Origin: Flavobacteriales bacterium
GTDB lineage: Bacteria; Bacteroidota; Bacteroidia; Flavobacteriales_F; PHOS-HE28
Length of the DNA stretch: 64,000 nt
Direction of reading: 5' to 3'
Assembly (NCBI GenBank): GCA_017987895.1
Contig: JAGNSU010000002.1
Span: forward strand, 74 to 64,073
Part shown: positions 26,456 through 35,657 of the stretch, in pieces
How positions within the stretch are numbered: position 1 is the stretch's first letter
Layout: each line of letters starts with the position of its first letter
Program-made: the position numbers and the translations under genes
Notes under the pieces: model-generated
The model's input: only the letters and a program-made list of their open reading frames with translations
Databases searched by the model: none
What the model was told of the DNA's origin: nothing

Positions 26456-27361
26456 ATGGAACACGGCTACACGCTCATCCTTGGGTTACTGTTCGCGATC
26501 GGATCCACACAGGGCCAGTACGACACCGTCTTTGTAGGCACGTTCGATACGATCAGCAATGGGCCGTTCGAAACGCCCTTCCCTACAGGCGGGGCCATGA
26601 CTTCTAAAACGCAATACTTGTTCTACGGCACAGAGCTGACCGGCATTCTGGCGAACCAGAACATCCATGGCATCGTGATGGATGTGCTGGATAGCGATCC
26701 GCCCGGTACCACGGTGGACCTCACCATCGGCATGAAGAACACGACGTCAGTGTGCTGGCCGACCATGGACCCCGGCGGCTGGACCATCCCGAGCCAGAGC
26801 ACCGTGCATCTGGACTCTGGAACTATGGCGTTCATGTTCAATGTGATCCCTTTCCAATGGAACGGCACTTGGAACGTGGCGATGGAGTTCTGCATGGAAC
26901 GCAACGGTCCGCCGGGCATCGATCCGCGCGTGGCCCTGGATACCGGCTTCGTTTGCGATCCCTCCTACTATGGGCACGATACCATCGGCGGTCCTTGTGG
27001 AGCGCTCCTGACGACGACCGCCCATCACCAGGGGGCTCTCAATTCACGGCCGGTGGTGGGTTTCCTTATCCATGACATCGGACTATCAGCAGCAGACGGT
27101 GACCGCGTACCTGTGCGCTTGGCGATCTACCCCAACCCGGCCAAGGACCGGCTTCGGCTACGCGTACTCGATGCTGCGGATGAACTTAGCGCGCAGGTGC
27201 TCAATACCACCGGTGCCCTGGTGCTGGACCGCCTCACACTGATCCCTGATCCCGCCGGATACGTGGATCTCGCCCTGCCCTCCCTGCCCAGCGGCTGCTA
27301 TCTGCTGCGGGTCGCTGCTGGTGGGGCTGCCGTCTGGGAGCAGCGGTTCATCGTGGAGTAA
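26456..27361 (+). CDS. secreted protein with a T9SS type-A C-terminal sorting domain
   Basis: Signal peptide MEHGYTLILGLLFAIGSTQGQ. CTD-like LAIYPNPAKDRLRLRV...GCYLLRV...QRFIVE. Confidence 0.75.
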   Translation: MEHGYTLILGLLFAIGSTQGQYDTVFVGTFDTISNGPFETPFPTGGAMTSKTQYLFYGTELTGILANQNIHGIVMDVLDSDPPGTTVDLTIGMKNTTSVCWPTMDPGGWTIPSQSTVHLDSGTMAFMFNVIPFQWNGTWNVAMEFCMERNGPPGIDPRVALDTGFVCDPSYYGHDTIGGPCGALLTTTAHHQGALNSRPVVGFLIHDIGLSAADGDRVPVRLAIYPNPAKDRLRLRVLDAADELSAQVLNTTGALVLDRLTLIPDPAGYVDLALPSLPSGCYLLRVAAGGAAVWEQRFIVE

Positions 27362-27521
27362 CGGAGCAAACCATGGTTTGACAACTCCGGCGGAGCGCAT
27401 AGCTTCCAAGGGATGCGGTTCGCCAGCTTCTCGGAGGAGGCAGCCTGCGCGCTTTGGCGCGAAAAAGCGTTGGCAAAGAGGCGATCGATGGCGGCGTGCG
27501 CATCCGTACTTACTTCGGACC

Positions 27522-28085
27522 ATGGAACTGGTTCGCAGCACCATCGAACGCTACGTGCCGCTGCGCGGAACGGAATGGCAGCTGATCGCGCCGCATTGGA
27601 CGGAGCATGCCTTCAGCCGGGGCGCGTTCGTGAGCGCGGTAGGGCAAGTGGAGCAACGCTTCTACATCGTGAAGAGCGGCGTGCAGCGCCTGTCCTTTCC
27701 GCACGATGGGCAGGACATCTGCGTCGGCTTCGCCTACGATGGGAGTTGGAGCGGGGACTATGCTTCCTTCGTCACACGCAAGCCAGGCCGCTTCGATGTA
27801 GTGGCCATCACCGACAGCGTGCTGCTGGGTATCCGCCATGAAGACCTTCAACGGCTCTACTCTGAACTGCCCATCATGGACCGCTTCGGGCGCTTGATCA
27901 TTGAGGAACTACTTGTGGGCCGTGGAACCCGGGAGATCGAACAATTGAGCCTGAGCGCTGAGGAGCGCTATGATCGTCTGGTGGCCCGCAGTCCGCACCT
28001 GTTACAGTTGGTACCACAGAAGGACATCGCCAGTTATTTGCGCATGACACCGGAGACCTTCAGCCGGTTGCGGCGGAAGCGTTGA
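27522..28085 (+). CDS. Crp/Fnr-family transcriptional regulator (cNMP-binding domain plus HTH)
   Basis: Start trimmed to MELVRSTIERYVPL. Has a cNMP-binding-like core and the C-terminal segment QKDIASYLRMTPETFSRLRRK. Confidence 0.8.
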   Translation: MELVRSTIERYVPLRGTEWQLIAPHWTEHAFSRGAFVSAVGQVEQRFYIVKSGVQRLSFPHDGQDICVGFAYDGSWSGDYASFVTRKPGRFDVVAITDSVLLGIRHEDLQRLYSELPIMDRFGRLIIEELLVGRGTREIEQLSLSAEERYDRLVARSPHLLQLVPQKDIASYLRMTPETFSRLRRKR

Positions 28086-28141
28086 GCCGTTCTTGATCCA
28101 TATCAAGTGGACGTGGCCCTGCCATGTGATCCCTTTGCCGC

Positions 28142-28699
28142 ATGAACACAACCCAATTGATCGATGACCTGAGCGCGGTGCTCCGTGCGCAGATCGCCCG
28201 GGCGAAGGAGATCCAGAAAATGCCCGCAGAGGTCCTCTTGCGCCGCCCCGCTCCGGACCAATGGAACACACTGGAGGTCTTCGAACACATGAACTTGAGC
28301 AGCGGGGTCTACCTCAAGGGATTGAAAGATGTGTTCGTCCGGCGGGCTTCCGCGGTGAAGCCGAACGCAGCGTTCCGTCCAGGCCTGTTGGGCAACTACT
28401 TCACCAAGGGCATGCTCCCGAAACCCGACGGGCGGATCGCCTGGCGCATGAAGACGATGAAGATGTTCGATCCGCCGAGGAACCAGGGCGCATCGTCGGA
28501 GAGCATCGCGCGGTTCATCACCCTGTGCGAAGCCTTCCTGCAACTGCTTGAAAAGGCCCGTACCACCGACCTGAACGCGATGAAGGTGCCGAGCTCCCTG
28601 GGGCCGATCATTAAGTTCAAAGCCGGGGATGCGTTCCGTTTCCCTGTCGCCCACCAGCAACGGCACTTCCTACAGGTCCAGCGGTTACTCATGGTGTGA
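28142..28699 (+). CDS. DinB-family protein
   Basis: 185 aa with WNTLEVFEHM and a C-terminal VAHQQRHFLQ, the His pattern of DinB-like four-helix bundles. Confidence 0.7.
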   Translation: MNTTQLIDDLSAVLRAQIARAKEIQKMPAEVLLRRPAPDQWNTLEVFEHMNLSSGVYLKGLKDVFVRRASAVKPNAAFRPGLLGNYFTKGMLPKPDGRIAWRMKTMKMFDPPRNQGASSESIARFITLCEAFLQLLEKARTTDLNAMKVPSSLGPIIKFKAGDAFRFPVAHQQRHFLQVQRLLMV

Positions 28700-28771
28700 G
28701 CTTTTCCTCTCGCGTTCACGGTCCACAGACCAGCTGGATGAGTGTCGCCTGGCTTCGGGAAGCCCTCAACG

Positions 28772-28803
28772 AAAAGAGGCCTCCCAGTGGAAGGCCCCTT
28801 TCT
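28772..28803. terminator. Possible bidirectional terminator hairpin between convergent genes
   Basis: aaaagaggcct-cccagtgga-aggcccctttct. The stem is imperfect. Confidence 0.4.
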
Positions 28804-28819
28804 CGCGATGGATGTCAGA

Positions 28820-31800
28820 TCATTGCGCCACGATGAGCTTCTGCTTCACGATGCCCGTTCGGGTCTGTCCGGATATCACATAGGTGCCGGTGCTCAGGCC
28901 ATCGAGTTGGATCGTGTTGCTGTTCTCCGCGTTCAGCGTGAACGAGCGGATCAGGATGCCCATGTCGTTCATGAGGTAGTAGGTGCCTGGGCTTGTGGCG
29001 GTGATGGTGCAACGCTCTCGAGAAGGGTTCGGGAACACGGTCAGCACGTCCGCCTTGAGCGATGTGGCGCTCTCCTCGTTCGCACGCGTGCCCTCCACCG
29101 CGATCGGCTCGTTGCCACCTTCAAGTGGCATTGCTGCGACCGTTACATTGAGCGTATAGTCCTCCACCTCGCCATAGGTTGAATTGCCGCACGGTGTCGC
29201 GTTCGCTCCCGCTGCGGAATCCGTAAGGCGGATGCGCATGCGGACCGGACCGGCCGTGGTTCCGACCGGAGGGATGATGGTCGTATTGAAGGGTCCAACA
29301 CCAGCGGCCGAGGCGTACACGGCTTCTCCCGCGTTCGTGAGCGTTCCGTTCCTGTTCCAATCGCACCAGATGTACACCTTGTCCGTGGAATAGGGCACGC
29401 CGATGGTGACCGAGATGGGTGTGGCGACCCCTGCCACAACATTGGTGGATAAGGAGGTGTAGTTCGAGTAAGAGGACGCGCCGGACGTGTTGTTGATCGA
29501 ACCCATGGTCACGTTGGTGATACGCTCATAGGTGGTGTTCGTCGTTCCGGCCGTGCAGTAAACCAGGCCCCCGGTAATGGTCATCGTGATACCGTTGCTG
29601 GTGGCCGTGGAAGGAACCGCGCAGGTCGCATTAGAGGTGAGCACGCAGGTCACGATCTGCCCGTTGGTCAGCGCGGTGGTCGTGAACGTGGCAGAGTTCG
29701 TTCCAGCGTTCACGCCGCTCACTTTCCATTGATAGGCCGGTGTGGTGCCGCCATTGGTCGGTGTGGCAGTGAAGGTGACGGATGCACCGGACGCGCTCGG
29801 GTTGCTGCCCGCGGTGATGGCGATCGCCACGGAAGGAACCACCGACGGGTTCACGCCCATGGTGATGCTGTTGCTCGTGGCCGTCGGTGTAGTAGCGCAA
29901 GCCAGGTTGGAGGTGAGCACACACGAAACGATCTGGCCGTTAGTGAGCGTTGTGGTGGTGAAGGCAGCGCTGTTCGTGCCCGCGTTCACGCCGTTCACTT
30001 TCCACTGGTAGGCGGGTGTCGATCCTCCGTTCGTAGGTGTGGCGGTGAAGGTGACCGAAGCACCGGCACAAGTGGGGTTGCTGCCCGTGGTCTGCGCGAT
30101 AGCTACAGCAGGCGTGGCCGCAGCGCTGATGGTGATGGTGATGGCGTTGGAGGTGGCCGGATTGCCCGTAACGCCTGAAAGGTTCGAGGTCATCACGCAC
30201 GTCACCACCTGGCCATTGGTGATCGAGGAACTGCTGTATGTGCTCGCGTTCGTACCCACGTTGGTTCCGTTCACTTTCCATTGGTAAGCAGGGGTCGTTC
30301 CGCCGTTCGTGGGTGTCGCGGTAAAGGTGATCGCGGAACCGGCGCACGAAGGGTTGGATCCGCCAGTGATCGCGATCGCTACGCCAGCGGCGAGGCCGCA
30401 CGTAGGGATCTGGTAGGAAATGATCCGTGTACGAGCAGCGCTCGAACCTGTGCTCCCGCCCATGTATTCACCAGTGCTCCAGAATGTGACCCCATCGGGG
30501 TCCAGGGTGGTCTGGGCGTAGTCACCCACCCGGTTCACGCCGGTTTGCGATCCGGTCCCGGCCACACCGAGCACCTCGGTCACCGGCAGGGTACCCAGCG
30601 GGTCGCAGGTCCTTCTGCCAGTGTAATAGAGCCCCGGATAGATCGAGGTGGAGTTCGACTTGAGGTAGGTGATGCCGATGGAACCGTTGTTGTCCATGGC
30701 GGCGGCGCCCATCCAGCGCGTGTTGGCATCGGGAGCATAGATACCTTCCTGGTACATGGACCACACACCGGTGGCCTGCGATTGCCTCAGTTCGCACCAT
30801 TTGATGCTGCGTTGGGTGCTGCTGATCCTCACCGCCCAGTTGAGCACCACGCTGTTGTGACCGCTCCACGTTTTCCATTGCGCACGGTACATGCACACGC
30901 CACCAATACCGTCTAGCTTTTGGGTGGTCCCAGGTTGCGAGACATCGTTCCAACTCGCATTGTAGGAGGCATCGAACGCGGCCGTGGACACGTTCGCGGC
31001 GAGGGTGATGCTGGCCGTAGGCGTAGCGGGGACCCAGTTCACCGCCATCTGGTAGATGTTCACGCGATCGAAGTAGCCGGTGCCCCAGCCATTGTCCGAG
31101 TAAGAGAAGATCGGGCAGGGTGTGCCCGCCGGAGGGAGCGTTCCATCAGCAGCATCACCGGCGAGCGGAACAAAGAACCCGGACTTGGGTGGCGAATAGT
31201 TCACATAGATGGAACGCGCTCCCGGGGTTCCTGCGAGCATGGCTGTACGCTCGAAGCAGAACACCTTCTGGGTGGACTGGTTGGAGGTCATGTAGTACCC
31301 ATCCTGCCACACGCCGAACTTCAAATAGTCCGGGAACTGCGGAGAAACATACGTGTAGGTGTAGTAGGAGCCCGTCGGGTCATTCGTGGTGGAGACGGCG
31401 ATGTAGATCTTCCGGTCGGAGCTCGATCCGAACTGCGAAAGGAACCAGCGGTCCGCGGCCTTGTCGTACATCACCACGGGGTCGCCATTGTTCGCCGTGG
31501 CCGGGCTCCAGAGATTACCCAGCGTGCCGGTGAGCAGCACTGTTCCGGTCGCTTTGTTGTAGACCTTGAAGGTGGTCGAGTTGATCATCTGCACGTAGTG
31601 GTTCGGGCCCACGGCACCCGAGGGATCGTAAGGGCGGAAGCCACTGGCGGTCTGGCCTACCCAGTTGGCTCTCGTTCCGGTCCCGCGCTCCTCACCCATA
31701 CGGTCTTGGATCGTGCTGGGGTCGTTGCCATATTCCGGGCCATCGGCCACGGTGAACGGAAATTGCTGCGGCTCCCGATGTTTTCGATCCTCCGATTCGC

Positions 31801-31972
31801 CCCGTTCATACACCTGGTCCTCATCCACCGGGTTCTCGGCGAAGATCTCGCTGAGCGGTCGGGTGATGTGGAATCCCGAGGCGACGATCACACCGGATCC
31901 GCCATCGGTCTGCTGCGCGTTCGCACCGCCGATCGCGCAACAGAAAAGCAACAGGGAAAAGACCTTTTTCAT
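28820..31972 (-). CDS. 1050-aa T9SS-secreted surface protein (N-terminal ~500-aa domain, four Ig-like repeats, GEVED domain, type-A CTD)
   Basis: Signal peptide MKKVFSLLLFCCAIGGANAQ. Four ~85-aa repeats (...CAG[SA]S[IV]TFTATPTNGG[ST]TPAYQWKVNG...LTNGQ[IV]V[ST]CV[LM]TSN...). GEVED motif YGEVEDYTLNV. CTD VFPNPSRERCTI...GTYVISGQT...KLIVAQ. Confidence 0.85.
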   Translation of the reverse strand: MKKVFSLLLFCCAIGGANAQQTDGGSGVIVASGFHITRPLSEIFAENPVDEDQVYERGESEDRKHREPQQFPFTVADGPEYGNDPSTIQDRMGEERGTGTRANWVGQTASGFRPYDPSGAVGPNHYVQMINSTTFKVYNKATGTVLLTGTLGNLWSPATANNGDPVVMYDKAADRWFLSQFGSSSDRKIYIAVSTTNDPTGSYYTYTYVSPQFPDYLKFGVWQDGYYMTSNQSTQKVFCFERTAMLAGTPGARSIYVNYSPPKSGFFVPLAGDAADGTLPPAGTPCPIFSYSDNGWGTGYFDRVNIYQMAVNWVPATPTASITLAANVSTAAFDASYNASWNDVSQPGTTQKLDGIGGVCMYRAQWKTWSGHNSVVLNWAVRISSTQRSIKWCELRQSQATGVWSMYQEGIYAPDANTRWMGAAAMDNNGSIGITYLKSNSTSIYPGLYYTGRRTCDPLGTLPVTEVLGVAGTGSQTGVNRVGDYAQTTLDPDGVTFWSTGEYMGGSTGSSAARTRIISYQIPTCGLAAGVAIAITGGSNPSCAGSAITFTATPTNGGTTPAYQWKVNGTNVGTNASTYSSSSITNGQVVTCVMTSNLSGVTGNPATSNAITITISAAATPAVAIAQTTGSNPTCAGASVTFTATPTNGGSTPAYQWKVNGVNAGTNSAAFTTTTLTNGQIVSCVLTSNLACATTPTATSNSITMGVNPSVVPSVAIAITAGSNPSASGASVTFTATPTNGGTTPAYQWKVSGVNAGTNSATFTTTALTNGQIVTCVLTSNATCAVPSTATSNGITMTITGGLVYCTAGTTNTTYERITNVTMGSINNTSGASSYSNYTSLSTNVVAGVATPISVTIGVPYSTDKVYIWCDWNRNGTLTNAGEAVYASAAGVGPFNTTIIPPVGTTAGPVRMRIRLTDSAAGANATPCGNSTYGEVEDYTLNVTVAAMPLEGGNEPIAVEGTRANEESATSLKADVLTVFPNPSRERCTITATSPGTYYLMNDMGILIRSFTLNAENSNTIQLDGLSTGTYVISGQTRTGIVKQKLIVAQ

Positions 31973-32181
31973 GGTTCAGTCAATTAGGGTGTGCAGCGTC
32001 CGGTTGGATGTTCCCGCCCGCGAAGGTTTTGGTATTACAAGAGTAGCAGGATGACCGATCCCTACAACCACAATTCGACAAAGAGGATCACCCTCCGCAA
32101 GCACGTAACACAGCAACTGGATGTCGCCAACGTGTAGGTGGGTTAGTGGTTCGCTCCGCTGGTCGCCACGGCTTGAAATGC

Positions 32182-32207
32182 GAAGCCCCCGGAGAACCGG
32201 GGGCTTC
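32182..32207 (-). terminator. Terminator hairpin downstream of the OmpA-family gene
   Basis: Perfect 11-bp stem gaagcccccgg / ccgggggcttc with loop agaa. Confidence 0.6.
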
Positions 32208-32230
32208 GTTCGCTGCGAATAGACACTTCG

Positions 32231-33121
32231 CTACTTCTGCTCCGTTTCCGTGGCCGCCTTCATGCCATCCTCGATCATCTTGTAGAACTCGTCGATCTTG
32301 GGCAGGATCACGATGCGCGTGCGGCGGTTGGCGGATTTGTGTTCGGGTGTATCGTTCGGCACCAACGGCACGAACTCACTACGGCCTCCTGCGGTGATCC
32401 GCGATGGGGCCACGCCCAGTTCGGTGGTGAACACGCGCGTGATCGCCGTGGCGCGCAGGACGCTCAGGTCCCAATTGTCCTTTACGCAATCCTTGGCGAT
32501 GGGAACGTTGTCCGTGTGGCCTTCGATCAGCACGTCCATTTCGGGTTTGTCGTTCACCACGGTGGCGACTTTGGCCAGCACATCCTTGGCCCTCGGGCTG
32601 ATCTCCGTGCTGCCGCTCTTGAAGAGCATCTTGTCACTGAGCGAAATGAAGACCACGCTCTTCTCCACGTTCACGGTCACGTCCGTATCGTTCAAGTTGC
32701 CCAGCGAGCTTTTCAGGCTGATGACCAACGCCAACGTCACGGAATCCTTCTTCGTGAGCGCGTCCTGCATCCTGCGGATCTGCAGATCTTTCTCACGGAT
32801 GTTCTCGAGGGACTTCTCCAGGTTCTCGGCCTCCTTGGCGCTCAGCGTAGCCATATTCCCCACGTTGTTCAACAAGGCGGCGTTGGTGGTGCTCATCTCG
32901 TTCACCCGCTCTTGCAAGTGTTGGTTGCTGGACTCCAGCCCGGCAATTCGGGTGTTCAAGGCGTTCTTGTCGCTCTCGCAAGCGCTCAACGCCCGGTTCG
33001 CCTCATCCAGCTTGTTGTGCAGGGTCTGGTTGGAGGCCTGGATGGCGACGTATTTCTTCTTCGAGACGCATGACGCGAGAAGAACGATAAGGGCGAAGGA
33101 GAAGAGTACGGTGCGTTTCAT
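32231..33121 (-). CDS. OmpA-family protein with an N-terminal coiled coil
   Basis: Lipobox LLASC. C-terminal OmpA-like domain (IEGHTDNVPI..., NRRTRIVILPK). Confidence 0.85.
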   Translation of the reverse strand: MKRTVLFSFALIVLLASCVSKKKYVAIQASNQTLHNKLDEANRALSACESDKNALNTRIAGLESSNQHLQERVNEMSTTNAALLNNVGNMATLSAKEAENLEKSLENIREKDLQIRRMQDALTKKDSVTLALVISLKSSLGNLNDTDVTVNVEKSVVFISLSDKMLFKSGSTEISPRAKDVLAKVATVVNDKPEMDVLIEGHTDNVPIAKDCVKDNWDLSVLRATAITRVFTTELGVAPSRITAGGRSEFVPLVPNDTPEHKSANRRTRIVILPKIDEFYKMIEDGMKAATETEQK

Positions 33122-33228
33122 GGAAGTGATCGGTTGTGGTAGCCGCTTCGAAGATAGCCAGGTGAATAGTGTGCCATGTTCGTTCGATGTGATCCACCTG
33201 CCCGTTCGGGCAAGTTCCTACCCATCGC

Positions 33229-33684
33229 TCAGTTTTTTTCCTCGATCTCCAGGCTCATCTCTTTCCCCGTGCTGTCCTGCATCTCCACCTTCACTTCCAT
33301 TTTGTCGCCCACACGGTTCACGTTCACCGTGCCGCCGGGGATGCTGATGGTGGTGTCACCCTGGAAATCGGAGCCCTCCAACCCTTTCACGATGGCATGG
33401 ACGCCGTGGTCCTTGCCGCCATGGCCGCCCTTGCAACAGGCTCCCATGCCTTCCCCTCCGTGCGCACATGCCGCAGCACCATGCCCGCCTTTGCAGCACG
33501 ATCCCTTGCCTTCGCTGCCATGGGCGCACGCCGCAGCGCCTTGGCCACAGCTCATTTCGTTCCCACAGCCACCGCGATGGCAACTACCGCCCCCGCACAT
33601 GCGGCAGCACAAGCAGCAAATGACAAAGCCCAGTGCGAAAGAGAGCAAGCTGAAGAGGAGGATCTTGGACCAGTTCGTGTTCAT
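33229..33684 (-). CDS. membrane-anchored Cys/His/Gly-rich protein (candidate metal binder)
   Basis: Start trimmed to MNTNWSKILLFSLLSFALGFVICCLCC. Duplicated block AAACAHG[SG]EG[KM]G[SA]CCKGGHG. Confidence 0.6.
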   Translation of the reverse strand: MNTNWSKILLFSLLSFALGFVICCLCCRMCGGGSCHRGGCGNEMSCGQGAAACAHGSEGKGSCCKGGHGAAACAHGGEGMGACCKGGHGGKDHGVHAIVKGLEGSDFQGDTTISIPGGTVNVNRVGDKMEVKVEMQDSTGKEMSLEIEEKN

Positions 33685-33770
33685 GGAGGTAAAGGTAGTC
33701 GCGCGGTCGGAAGGGGGTTCGCATGAACCGAACACAAGGCGCCGTGTACCGCTTGGGCAAAACCCTTCCC

Positions 33771-34745
33771 ATGCCTTCGCCGACCTCTTTCCTTCCTCTC
33801 GCCGCATTGATCCTCCACCTGCCCGCGTCCGCCCAGGTCTCGGGGAATCTTTGGTACGATGAGAACACGCGCATCTTCTTCCAACAGGCGGAACAGCCCG
33901 TGAAAGCCACGGTGCAAGGCAATATGTTGGTACTCGAGGTGAACGCCATGATGAACGCGCGGGCGGACAGCTATATGGCCATCTTCCACCTGAGCCAGGT
34001 GGGCCAGAGCGCCGAGGAAGCGGACAGCCTGATGACCACCCGCATCGATGGCCTGCTCGAGCGCATGAAGCGCGAGAAGCTGAAGGTGGAGGACGTGTTC
34101 GTGGACATGCTGAGCTTCGTTCCCGTGTTCGAGTATGAGACGCTACGCAAGTTCTTCAGCAAACACTACCAGGAGATCCCGGCGGGTTTTGAGATCCAGA
34201 AGAACATCCACATCCGTTTCAGCGACCCGCGCATTCTGGACCGGCTGGTGACCGCGGCCGCCAAGGAGGAGATCTACGACCTGGTGAAGATGGACTACTA
34301 TGTGGGTGACCAGGCCGCGTGCTATGACACGCTGCGGACCGTGGCCATGCGCGCGATGCAGAAGAAACTGGACGCGTTCGGCAAATTGGGCGTGGAGATC
34401 GAAGACAGCCATCGCACCGCGGCGGAGAAGAACGGCGCGTACTTCCCGCTGGAGCGATACACCGCCTACAAGGCGCACAGCAGCATGAGCTTGAACAGCC
34501 GCCGCAAGGGCCAGGTGGCGAACGATATCCGCAAGCCCAGCACGCTTTTCTACAACAAGGTGCCCTACAGCCAGTTCGACATCGTGCTGCGGCCGGAGAT
34601 CACCGAACCGCCGGTGCAGTACACCTACAACCTCACGCTGCAATGCCAGTTGCCGCCGGCCTTCCCGCCGAAAGAAGCGAAGCAGATGGTGAAGTATGTG
34701 TGGATCACGGACAAGGGCGATATGCGGGAACTGAACCTGCCCTAG
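33771..34745 (+). CDS. secreted protein, possibly SIMPL/DUF541-like
   Basis: Signal peptide MPSPTSFLPLAALILHLPASAQ. The family call is only a weak pattern impression. Confidence 0.45.
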   Translation: MPSPTSFLPLAALILHLPASAQVSGNLWYDENTRIFFQQAEQPVKATVQGNMLVLEVNAMMNARADSYMAIFHLSQVGQSAEEADSLMTTRIDGLLERMKREKLKVEDVFVDMLSFVPVFEYETLRKFFSKHYQEIPAGFEIQKNIHIRFSDPRILDRLVTAAAKEEIYDLVKMDYYVGDQAACYDTLRTVAMRAMQKKLDAFGKLGVEIEDSHRTAAEKNGAYFPLERYTAYKAHSSMSLNSRRKGQVANDIRKPSTLFYNKVPYSQFDIVLRPEITEPPVQYTYNLTLQCQLPPAFPPKEAKQMVKYVWITDKGDMRELNLP

Positions 34746-34754
34746 ATTCGGGGC

Positions 34755-35555
34755 ATGGACGTGAACGCCGCTTTCGAAGCCAACCGTGTTCTCTGGAACG
34801 CACGGACGCCGCACCACCTCGCTTCACGCATGTACGACGTGGAGAGCTTCGTGGCGGGACGGAACTCGTTGACGGCGCTTGAACTCGCACTGCTCGGCGA
34901 CGTCGCTGGCAAGCGGATCCTGCACCTGCAATGCCATTTCGGCCAGGATACGCTTTCCTTGGCGCGCATAGGCGCGCAGGTGACCGGTCTGGACATTTCC
35001 GACGTGGCCATCGCCGAAGCGAAGAAGATGACGGAACGCTGCGGGCTGCAAGCGGAATGGATCCTGAGCAATGTGATCGATTACCGGCCGGAGCTCGATG
35101 GCTTGTTCGACATCGTCTTCACCAGCTACGGTACCATCGGCTGGTTACCGGATCTTGGACCCTGGGCCGCGAACATCCAGCGCTACCTGAAACCCGGCGG
35201 ACGACTCGTCTTCGTGGAGTTCCACCCGGTGATGTGGATGTTCGACAACGGATTCACGCGTATCGCCTACTCGTACTTCAATGATGAACTGATAAAGGAA
35301 GAAGAGGAAGGCACCTACGCGGAGCGCACGGCGGGGATCAAGTTGCCCACCTATTCCTGGAACCACCCCCTCGGTGACGTGCTCGGCACCTTGCTGGACA
35401 AAGGCCTCCGATTGGAACGCTTCGTAGAACTGGACGGCTCGCCCCATGATTGCTTCCTCAACTCCGTGACCGGAGCCGATGGCATGCACCGGATCAAAGG
35501 CATGGAGGGCAAGCTGCCGATGGTGTACGGACTGAAAGCGGTACTGCCGGAGTAG
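34755..35555 (+). CDS. class I SAM-dependent methyltransferase
   Basis: Motif I region ILHLQCHFGQDTLSLARIGAQVTGLDIS. Confidence 0.85.
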   Translation: MDVNAAFEANRVLWNARTPHHLASRMYDVESFVAGRNSLTALELALLGDVAGKRILHLQCHFGQDTLSLARIGAQVTGLDISDVAIAEAKKMTERCGLQAEWILSNVIDYRPELDGLFDIVFTSYGTIGWLPDLGPWAANIQRYLKPGGRLVFVEFHPVMWMFDNGFTRIAYSYFNDELIKEEEEGTYAERTAGIKLPTYSWNHPLGDVLGTLLDKGLRLERFVELDGSPHDCFLNSVTGADGMHRIKGMEGKLPMVYGLKAVLPE

Positions 35556-35657
35556 CCGTCTTCCACATCCGCTTGTTCGCCGAGCGCGTTCGCAAGGATC
35601 GAAGTCGAGGGCGGCGCTGCCCTTCTTTGTCCTATCGTCCACATCGGGCGGTGAACC

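Noticed and set aside
27368-27381. Palindrome caaaccatggtttg after the T9SS gene as a terminator.
   Set aside because: It is a perfect 14-bp palindrome, but it has no loop allowance and no T-tract. It is equally likely to be a chance NcoI-centred palindrome.
27321-27521. N-terminal 67-residue extension of the Crp/Fnr ORF. Similar upstream extensions occur for ORFs 1550..3520, 24334..26217, 33229..33807, 43769..45898, 53998..55365, 61432..62001 and 62148..63674.
   Set aside because: The extensions are Arg/Pro/Gly-rich, overlap neighbouring genes or intergenic DNA, and precede an internal ATG. That internal ATG gives the canonical family N-terminus or signal peptide.
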